The notes beneath the pieces are model-generated. The model made no database searches. It was not told where the DNA came from and saw nothing but the letters and a program-made list of their open reading frames with translations. The translations under genes and the position numbers were made by a program. DNA of 41,107 nucleotides, from positions 1-41,107 of the forward strand of contig CAXIUT010000145.1 of assembly GCA_964035545.1 (NCBI GenBank). Reading direction: 5' to 3'. The DNA comes from Bugula neritina. Taxonomy: Eukaryota > Animalia > Bryozoa. This document shows, piece after piece, positions 25,062-33,770 of the stretch; within the stretch, counting starts at the first letter, position 1, and every line of letters begins with the position of its first letter.

Positions 25062-25165
25062 CTATTGATGATATTTGAATCAATTTTATGCAATAAAGGT
25101 CAATAATGGTTTGAAAGTTTAGTTTAAATTTAAATATTTTTAAATGAAAAAGATAAAGATTTATT

Positions 25166-26802
25166 ATGTCAAACTTGCAGTTTTTGAATCCCAAAGCAGA
25201 GTCCGTCAAGAAAGTTCAAGCCTTAGCCATGAACATCAACGCAGCCATGGGTCTCCAAGAAGTGATGAAGTCCAACCTAGGTCCCAAAGGAACTCTCAAA
25301 ATGTTAGTTGGAGGAGCAGGACAAATCAAACTTACTAAAGATGGAAACGTCCTTCTTCATGAAATGCAAATCCAACATCCAACCGCAGGCATGATAGCTC
25401 GCTCAGCTACAGCCCAAGACGATATTGTCGGAGATGGCACTACATCTAATGTTCTTCTGATTGGAGAACTGATGAAACAAGCTCAGAGATTAGTGCAAGA
25501 ACAAGTTCACCCCAGGATAGTGACTGAAGGCTACTAGTTGGCTCGTAAGTAAGCTCTTAAGTTTCTTGAAAACTTTAAAATAACAAGAGAATCAGTCGAA
25601 AAGCCACTGTTGATCAGTGTAGCTCGAACTGCTCTTTGCACTAAATTACATCCGGACTTGGCCAACCAGTTGGTTGACATTGTTGTTGACGCAGTTAATA
25701 TAATCAAACTTGCTGATAAGCCAATCGATCTTCATATGGTGGAAATCATGCACATGGTACATCGTTTGGCTGGTGATACTCAGTTGGTTAAGGGACTTGT
25801 TCTTGATCATGGAGCTAGAAATCCAGATATGCCTAAAAGATTAGAAAATTGTTGCATTTTGACCTGCAATGTTTCTCTAGAATACGAAAAAACTGAAGTT
25901 AATTCTTCATTTTTTTTCTCAAATGCCACCGATAGAGATAATATGGCAAAAAGCGAGAGAAGATTTACTGATGAGAGATGTAAGAAGATTGTTGATTTGA
26001 AGAACAAGGTGTGTTAAGGCAATGATAAGAGTTTTGTGGTGATCAATGAGAAAGGAATCGATCCAATTTGTCTAGAAGTTTTTGCTAATGCTGGAATTAT
26101 GGCTTTGAGAAGAGCTAAAAGAAGAAATATGGAGAGAATTGTTCTCGCTTGTGGAGGTACAGCTGTTAACTCTGTTGAAGAACTTACACAAGATGATTTG
26201 GGATATGCTGATTTGATTGAAGAACATGTTTTGGGTGAAGAAAAATATACTTTTGTTTCTGGAGTTAAAAATCCAAGGTCATGTACTATCCTTATCAAAG
26301 GTCCTAACTAACATACAATTTCAATGATCAAAGAGGCAACTAGAGATGGTCTAAGAGCAGTAAAGAATGTATATGATGATAAGGCTGTTGTTCCAGGAGC
26401 TGGATCTTTCGAAGTAGCTTGCAACTTGCATCTTAATGAATATTGTAAAGAAATATCAGGAAAAGCTCAATTAGGAGTTCAAGCTTTTGCCTAATCTCTT
26501 CTTGTTATTCCTAAGGTATTAGCTAATCTATATAGATTTTGGCCTAAAACAGTGGATATGATATTCAAGAAGCAATCATTAATTTGAAGGATGAGTACAA
26601 CCGCAACAAGATTGCTGTAGGTCTAAATATTCAAACTTTGGGCACTATTTCTCCAATAAAAGAACAAATTTATGATAACTACTGTGCTAAGAAGCAATGG
26701 CTTAATATTGCTCCTACTTTGGCTCAACAACTATTGCTAGTAGATGAGATCATGAGGGCTGGAAAAGGCATGGGAGGAGGAGGTCAACAAATGGATATGT
26801 GA
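25166..26802 (+). CDS. CCT6: T-complex protein 1 subunit zeta (CCT6)
   Basis: [60 protein letters not shown] and [11 protein letters not shown] are CCT-zeta signatures. One 20-nt intron at 26516-26535. Confidence 0.97.
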
Positions 26803-26996
26803 TTGTATGAGATTATCCCAATTGAATATATTCAATAAATTAACAAAGCTATTCATAGTCAGCTACTAAAGGACAATAATAGAAGAAAAGTACTTTGTTT
26901 CTTAATAAAGTGATAAATTATCAATTGTATTTAATTTGAGGTAAATGGGATGGATTGAATCAAATTTATATTTAAAAAGATTTAAAATCATAAATA

Positions 26997-28673
26997 ATGG
27001 ATTCGGTTGGTGTAAGTTTTTTTAAACTTAGAACGTTCTTCCCCAGATTGTTAAAGAAGGAGCCAGTGAAGAGAAAGGATAAATTGCCAGATTGGTACCT
27101 TTTTTGTCATTTAGTCGTCTTTTGTGGGTGCTATTGCTGTGGCTGATCTAGTCAAAACTACTCTTGGACCAAGAGGAATGGACAAGATCTTGGTGCCTGT
27201 CGCTGCAGGACCAAAGAACAAACATATTAACGTGACTAATGATGGAGCTACTATCCTCAGGTCGATGCATGTTGATAATCCTGCTGCCAAGATTTTGATC
27301 GATATTTCTAAGACTCAGGATGAGGATGTAGGAGATGGAACAACTACTGTAGCTGTATTAGCTGGTGAGTTATTGAGAGAAGGAGAGAAGCTTATTCACA
27401 TGAAGATTCATCCTCAAACTATCATCAATGGATGGAGAATGGCTAGAAATGCTGCTAAAGAAAAGCTATTGTCGATTGCTAGAGACCATTCAACTGATCC
27501 TAGTAAATTCAAAGAAGATTTGATCAATATTGCTAAGACTACTTTGAGTTCAAAGTTATTGACTCAAGATAAACAACATTTTGCTGAGCTAGCTGTTGAA
27601 GCAGTTTTAAGATTGAAGGGATCAACTAACTTGAACTATATTCAGGTTATTAAAAAATTGGGTGGATCTATTAAGGAATCATTTTTGTGTGACGGTCTGA
27701 TTCTTTAAAAAGAAATTTCAATTGGTTGCAAAAGATCTTTGAAAAATTGTAAAATATTGGCCTCTAATACTCCTATGGACTACGACAAAATTAAAATCTA
27801 TGGTACTAGAGTTAGAGTGGAAAGTCTTTAAAAGGTGCAAGAAGTATCTGAAGCTGAAAAACTTAAAATGAAAGAAAAAGTTTAAAAAATATCTGAGTAC
27901 AAACCCAATGTCTACATCAACAGACAACTCATCTATGACTACCCTGAACAACTATTAGTTGAAAAAGGTATTATGGTTATTGAACATGCGGATTTTGAAG
28001 GAATTGAAAGAATATCAGCTGCTTTAGGAGCTGAAATAGTATCAACTTTCGATAGTCCTGATAGATCAGAGGAAGTACTTGGAACTTGTGATTCAATTGA
28101 ATAAGTCTTGATCGGTGAAGACAAAGTTATCAGATTTTCAGGTTGTAAGAGAAATGAGGCTTGCACAATCGTTCTTAGGGGATCAAGTCAGCATATCTTG
28201 GATTAGGCTTAAAGATCTCTTCATGATGCTTTGTGTGTGCTCGTTCAGACTGTTAAGAATAAACAGGTGATTTATGGAGGAGGAAACTCTTAGATCCATA
28301 TGGCTATGGCTTGTTAGGCACTAGCTAAAGGAGTCAAAGGTAAAGAAGCTTTGGCAATTGATGCTTATGCTCGTGCTTTGAGGCAACTACCTATTACTAT
28401 TGCTCAGAATGCAGGATTTGATGCTAATGAGCTAATTCATGACCTTTAAATCGATTTAAAGATTCGAAGCGATGCAGGTATTAACGTAGATTCTGGATCA
28501 ATTGATTCAATGGAGAAACTAGCTGTAACTGTACATTTATAATAATATAGGAATGTTTGAGATCAAAAGAACAGGCTTTGGTATCTGCCAGTGAGGCAGC
28601 AGAGATGATTATGAGAGTTGATGACATCATTACTTGTGCTCCTAGACAAAGATAACAACCTCGTCTTCATTGA
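26997..28673 (+). CDS. CCT2: T-complex protein 1 subunit beta (CCT2)
   Basis: [67 protein letters not shown] and [15 protein letters not shown]. Three 20-nt introns at 27012-27031, 27095-27114 and 28531-28550. Confidence 0.97.
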
Positions 28674-28830
28674 TTGTCAGTTATCTATCAATAGTATCAA
28701 ATATAAATTTAAGTATTATTTTTGTTACAACTAATTTTAGAGTTTATTAATAGTTAATTTTATTATTGCTTGTATTTTGGTTGAGGAGTAAGAGAGATAT
28801 ATGAGAGGATTAGGTTGGTGGAGGATAACA

Positions 28831-28903
28831 GCCTGTTTAGCTCAGTTGGTAGAGCATTTGCCTCGTAAGCAAAAGGCCAAGGGTTCGACTCCCTTAACAG
28901 GCT
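28831..28903 (+). tRNA. tRNA-Thr (anticodon CGU)
   Basis: 73-nt cloverleaf: acceptor GCCTGTT/AACAGGC, D arm TAGCTCAGTTGGTAGAGC, anticodon stem TTTGC/GCAAA with loop CT-CGT-AA (anticodon 28864-28866), T loop GGTTCGACTCC. Confidence 0.96.
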
Positions 28904-28904
28904 C

Positions 28905-28909
28905 TTTTT
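28905..28909 (+). terminator. RNA polymerase III oligo-T terminator
   Basis: TTTTT immediately downstream of the tRNA discriminator base. Confidence 0.7.
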
Positions 28910-29233
28910 AATTCTAGATGTATGTTGTAGAATCCGTAGGCTGCAGCTGTGAACTTGTTGTTATTTTATTAGTTTTTATTATATTTTCTGTTTTTCTTTT
29001 AAGGGGACTTGGCTGTTGTTATTTTAGGAAATTTTATTGACGATTTCGAGTTTCTTTTATTGTTCATAAACTTAAATTTATGTTCAGATAATAATTATAT
29101 TTCTTTTTAGGGGATTTTAGTTTGATAGGTTATATTTGAGGAAAGTCCGTTTTGTGTAATATAATTATGTTATGATTAAAGTTGATGATAAAAATGATTA
29201 TAAAGTGTTTTTTAATACAAATCCCAAGGAGGG

Positions 29234-30272
29234 ATGAATACAGGGGCTAGTTTGAAAGACTTCTCAATTTTATCTGTTATTGGCAAAGGTACCTATGCTA
29301 AGGTACTACTGGTAAGACATCTTAAGGACAACCATCTATATGCTTTGAAGGTGCTTAAAAAGAAATACATTTTAGAGAAAAACCAAGAGAAACATATTAT
29401 GACATAGAAATAGATTTTAGCTCAGATAGAACATGTTTTTTTGGTGAAGATGAAGATGAGTTTTCAAGATGATAAAAAATTATACTTTGTATTGGAGTAC
29501 TGTCCAGGAGGAGAACTATTTAGCTTACTTGCTGCTAAAGATAAACTAACCTAAGATCAGTAATAGTAAAATAACCTAGATCTAAATTTTATGCCTCTCA
29601 GATAGTCCTAGCGTTGTAAGCTCTTCATAAAAATAAAGTTATTTATCGCGAGTAAAAATGAATAGATTTAGTTTGAAACCTGAAAACATTATTATTGATA
29701 GGGTGGGATATATCAAGTTAACTGACTTTGGACTGTCTAAAATATTAAGTCAAGATTAATCGGCTACTTCTATTTGTGGAACTCCTGAATATCTTGCTCC
29801 TTAAATCATTAAAAAACTAGGACATGGAACTGATGTTGATTGGTGGTGTCTAGGTTGTTTGATTCATTAAATGGTCACTGGATTTCCACCCTTTAGAAAT
29901 TAAAATAGAATGGAACTCTTCGAAGCTGTTGTCTACAAAAATATCGATCTCTCAAAGGTAAATCCTTATTTATAATAGTTTTCCCCTAAGTTACAAGATT
30001 TATTGAAGAAATTGCTAGCAAAGGATCCAAGTAAGAGATTGGGCCACAATGGTGCTAAGTAGATTCGAGATCATCCTTGGTTTTAGAAGTTGAATTGGTA
30101 GATGTTATTGAACAAGAAGATAAAGGCTCCTTTTATGCCTAAGTTGAGTTCAGATATAGATATAACAAACTTCGATGTTGAGTTTACTAGTTGTTCTGTA
30201 GATTCTAAGGGAGATGGAAAGTCACCTTAATTCTAGGCTAACGATAAATTTGCTAACTTCTCATTCGAATGA
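29234..30272 (+). CDS. AGC-family Ser/Thr protein kinase (S6K/SGK/Akt-like, no PH domain)
   Basis: IGKGTYAKV, YALKVL, YRDLKPEN, LTDFG, CGTPEYLAPE, DWWCLG and an AGC C-tail with hydrophobic motif FANFSF. Introns at 29560-29579, 29652-29671 (20 nt) and 29958-29978 (21 nt). Confidence 0.95.
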
Positions 30273-30346
30273 TGATCATCATTAATTCATTCACATTATC
30301 ATCTATCAATATATCTGATTAATCTGCCCATATTCTGTCATTGATA

Positions 30347-31331
30347 TCATATTTCTTCAGTTAAAGAGAACAATAGTCCTCCTTTAGACTTTTGTTATTA
30401 AAATAACGGATAAGATCGTTAGCCTACAGCAGCAAGTATCTTATCCTAAGTGAAACATATCGAACTAACACACTTTTTATACCCTAAATCAATTGTAAAA
30501 CTATCTTATGGGTTATTTAGATTGTGGACATGAATTTATCCAAGTTATCCTCCAAAATATACTATTTATCCATTTCTAGACAGATCAAGACCTGTTCTTT
30601 GGTTATTATATTTGGGATGTTAGTAATAATGTACAAAAGTGGATAGATTTCTTTGGTCCCATAGATAGGAAAGGTTATCTTTTCTGGCTATACTAACAAA
30701 ATGATGATTCGAATGACTAACTGTTTTTATTCGAGTAACTAGATCCATATGAGGTCTCATCGACGATACTATCTATCCACTGACTAGATCTAATAATTCA
30801 AGTTATCCTTTGAATTGTCCAGTAATAAGAAGGTTATTTGATAGTAGCTAGACGGAAGAAGTATACTTTTTATTCATTTTGCTGTATTTATTTGATGTGC
30901 ATTTATTAAGATCATATTGGGAAATAAACTTACTACCACCTCCTACTACTTTGTCGTCCTATCTAAACATAACTCTACATATTTGGCTATTTGAAGGGGA
31001 GTTAGTAGTTTTTCTGAGTTGGTCTTTTTATCATTAATAGAGATCCAAGATAAGTTTTATTAACTTGTATTATAGATTCTTAGCTGAGTATTTGAATGAT
31101 TACTGGCATGTTTTTATTAGAGACTATAAGGAGGTGGTTGAAGAAGCAAGTATCGTAGATATTAGACTAAAATTTTATTTTTTGTTGGATATTTTGACTA
31201 TCAATCAAATCAATCTATGGAATTTCATGGGTCAATGCTAGTTTTTGAGTTTATTGACTGTATTTGATGTTAGTGAAGAAATCTAGTTAGTTATTTATTT
31301 GTGTTATTTATTTGATGCCTAGAGATATCAT
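30347..31331 (-). CDS. WRAP53: WD40 protein, TCAB1/WRAP53-like (telomerase Cajal body protein 1 family)
   Basis: FVSIARKDNLSYLWDQRN...NNQRTGLDLSRNGEIVYFGG...CVSSICF...LAAVGERSYP parallels TCAB1 SGARKD..LLCWDLR...TNQRIYFDL...LATASGQRVFP. Internal introns are not fully mapped. Confidence 0.75.
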
Positions 31332-31373
31332 CTTTTGAGGAATTATAATTTATAAATATTTTTGGAAATAAAA

Positions 31374-31634
31374 TCAGAGGAGATTGTTTATTGTTTTAGA
31401 GAAGCATAAATACAGACAGGAAAGGTATCTAGATGGTCCATAGTAAAATTAGTTGTCACATTTATGGGAGCATTATAAAAGGGTCTCAGTGGTCTACACT
31501 GTTTCTGTGTGAGTGTCTCCTGCAAGGGTCTCAGTGGTGGTCTACACTGTTTCTGTGTGAGTGTCTCCTACGAGTAGCAAGAGGATGAGGATGAGGATGA
31601 GGATGAGGATGAGGATGAGGATGAGTTTATTCAT
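31374..31634 (-). CDS. Small secreted protein, 86 aa: signal peptide, Thr/Glu-rich duplicated pro-region, CxxxC...CxxxC C-terminus
   Basis: MNKL(IL)7LLLVGDTHTETVETTTETLAGDTHTETVETTETLLECSHKCDNEFYYGPSRYLSCLYLCFSKTINNLL followed by TGA. Confidence 0.7.
31479..31625. repeat. 45/48-nt direct duplication followed by (GAGGAT)7 microsatellite
   Basis: AAGGGTCTCAGTGGT(GGT)CTACACTGTTTCTGTGTGAGTGTCTCCT occurs twice, then GAGGAT x7 at 31581-31622. Confidence 0.9.
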
Positions 31635-31726
31635 TTGTTAATAGTTTAATTAAAGTATAAAATGGTTCTTTGATAGAGTTTATAAGAAATATAGATAAAA
31701 GTAACATAGATAAATAGTTTATTTTT

Positions 31727-32524
31727 TCAACTTAATATTATTTTACCGTTCATGACTTACAACTACATAACATATTTTTTACTAATATTTACTAATGAAA
31801 GTACTAGTAGTTTCTAGGTATCAGGAGAAGGTTGTCTTAATTGCTATAATATTTTTTCCAATAGTTAAGGACAGGATTTGATGTTTGTACTTCTGATTTA
31901 GTGGTTGGGAAGTTGCTTATTTTTTGAATCATGCTTTATGTTTATAGTGGTTGCACAAATAGAGAATTATAGTATGTTTTTTATAAAATTTACCCGAATA
32001 GTCTTCTTTTTACTTGATTTTGAAATATTATTTGAGTGGCTTTTCCTCCCTCCAAAAGATATATCTATTTGACTATGTTTTGGTTTTTTAAAAATCTTTT
32101 CGCTGTCAAAACAGATGCTTTATAGATGTTGTAATACTGATGGCTAGTCCTGCGATATAGAGGTGTTTAGCAATTGGATAAGTAGTGAAGTCTATATTAG
32201 TGTGGAGTTTACTGGTTTTGTTGTAGAGGAGGAAGGAGAGAGTGGTGAAGGCGATGATGTAGATGAGGTAGTCTTTGAGACTTCTCAATAAAGAAAACTT
32301 TGATTTGTAAATAAGAAATTTACCATTTTTGTAGAGGATGGGATGTTTCATTTTATGACTGAGAGTTCTTTATTGATCTTTATTTACTTGTAGTTTTAGA
32401 TGTTATTGGTGACAAAGCCTACGGTTTGTATTCTATTCTTGTTACTTTTTTGTTTTGAAAATAGAGTTTTATTCGTGTTATTTCGATAGATGTTTAAAGA
32501 TGTGCTAATTGTCTTCGAGATCAT
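31727..32524 (-). CDS. Probable two-TM mitochondrial-type membrane protein (TMEM186/TMEM223-like pattern)
   Basis: Basic S/T/N-rich N-terminus, two hydrophobic helices, then IVKEIYLLEGGKATQIIF. It needs a 20-nt intron near 32117-32136; other exon boundaries are approximate. Confidence 0.5.
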
Positions 32525-32590
32525 CGGTTGTTTATAATTTAATTGAGATATAAGGATAGTAGGAGATATCATATGCTAGTATAGATATTT

Positions 32591-32676
32591 ATCAGTATTG
32601 ATATTAACACAATATCAGTATTGATATTAACACAATATCAGTATCGATATTAACACAATATCAGTATTGATATTAA
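32591..32676. repeat. Intergenic 23-nt tandem repeat (ATCAGTATTGATATTAACACAAT, ~3.7 copies)
   Basis: Directly visible; AATATCA-GTAT-TGATATT inverted repeats form across unit junctions. Confidence 0.85.
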
Positions 32677-32738
32677 TATAGTCTCTTGATATTGATAATA
32701 TTTTAATAGTTTTAATATGGTAGTATAAATAAAGTAGA

Positions 32739-33681
32739 TCAATTTCTTTTGATTTTGACTATTGAGCCAACAGAAGACATGGGTTTGAATGTTTTGATTG
32801 AAGTTTGTGGTTCTAAATAATTTATTTTCTATATTTATTTTTTTATTTTAAGTTCTTACTAATAGGAAGTTAATATTTTTTATTGATTACTAATTATATT
32901 TTTGATAAATTTTATATTTTATCTTTTTTTACTCACATCTTATCCTTTATTGTATTATTACGGGGTTGGGGTTGGGGTTGGGGTTGGGGTTGGGGTTGGG
33001 GTTGGGGTTGGGGTTGGGGTTGGGGTTGGGGTTGGGGTTGGGGTTGGGGATATTTATTTGCACCCTTTTGATCTACTTCTCTAATAACATTAACACTGTC
33101 TTTTATATTTTTATTAGTTAACACTCTCCATCTCATTTCTACGACTTTAATTGATATTGCTTTTTCTACGACTTGAATCGATATTGCTTTTGATTCTAAT
33201 TTTATTCAAATTGCTTTGAAGTTTATTATTTTAAAAAACAATATCTTTTAATTGTTTTTTTATTTTATTTAACTACTTTGATAGCAGATTGTATTTTTGA
33301 AGATTGGATTATTTTTTATGATATTTTTGAGTTAATATTTTTATTTTTTATTTCAGTTAAATGTTTTATTATTGCAATTGATAATGCCATTTGAATTAAC
33401 TTGGCAATGATTTTTATTTTGTTGAATAGTCATATGTTCTATTGGTGTTTCTTATCATTACCTTCTATATTATCTGGTCCACCTAGTAATCTGATATCTC
33501 TTGTAACTACATCTTTTCAAATATTATCTACCTTATTATTATAATATCAACTGAAACAACAAACATATCCTTATTACTGCTATTGGACTTATAACTACAA
33601 ATTGACTCAATCATGAATAATATATCTAATAAATAAAGCTAGCGCCTTCCCGAGATCTTGTATCAAATAAAATGATACCAT
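32739..33681 (-). CDS. Coiled-coil hypothetical protein containing an in-frame telomeric (Pro-Thr)n tract
   Basis: ...KYNLLSKELNKIKKQLKD...RSRSKGCKEIS-(PT)14-PEEYNKGEDVSKKRENIKFIKNIISNQEKILTSYEEELKIKKEIEKINYLEPQ...KIKRN then TGA 32739-32741. The start assumes a 22-nt intron directly after the ATG. Confidence 0.7.
32962..33049 (+). repeat. Internal telomeric tract 3: GGGG(TTGGGG)14
   Basis: Perfect 88-nt tract inside a minus-strand ORF. Confidence 0.97.
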
Positions 33682-33770
33682 GTTATTATCGTTTGAGAAT
33701 TGATGAATTATGGTTTGATAGATATGATAATTGAACGATATATATTAAAAGATAGATGAATAAATATTTG

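Noticed and set aside
24849-25209. ORF-track proteins with WGWG, GVGV or PQPQ/NPNP repeats over tract 2
   Set aside because: They are translations of the telomeric tract in an intergenic region between two divergent genes, with no coding-like flanks.
25166-28673. CCT6 and CCT2 as pseudogenes with premature stops
   Set aside because: The in-frame TAA/TAG codons fall at conserved Glu positions, and the frame changes coincide with 20-nt GT-AG introns.
28831-28903. Suppressor tRNA decoding TAA/TAG
   Set aside because: The anticodon is CGT (Thr), an ordinary tRNA.
25166-30272. Standard ciliate code (TAA/TAG=Gln, table 6)
   Set aside because: Invariant Glu motifs (kinase APE, CCT2 DEAERS, UEV EELEKG) use TAA/TAG, while conserved Gln residues use CAA/CAG.
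31463-31673. Plus-strand ORF (GLHCFCVSVS x2, poly-ED) or a small structured RNA (CAGTG-GTCTA-CACTG hairpin)
   Set aside because: The minus strand gives a more coherent signal-peptide protein with paired cysteines and gene-like spacing; the hairpin is only 5 bp.
15565-32676. CRISPR-like arrays
   Set aside because: All repeats are head-to-tail tandem units without unique spacers, there are no cas genes, and the context is eukaryotic.
12743-33049. Internal tracts as simple end-to-end chromosome fusions or telomere-overlap joins of unrelated contigs
   Set aside because: No CCCCAA follows any tract, and reading frames continue across tracts 1 and 3. A consensus artefact at alternative telomere-addition sites is still possible.
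32883-33136. ORF-track WG, GV and QP repeat ORFs over tract 3
   Set aside because: Wrong strand or frame; the coherent coding frame is the PT frame, which is only visible with TAA/TAG=Glu.
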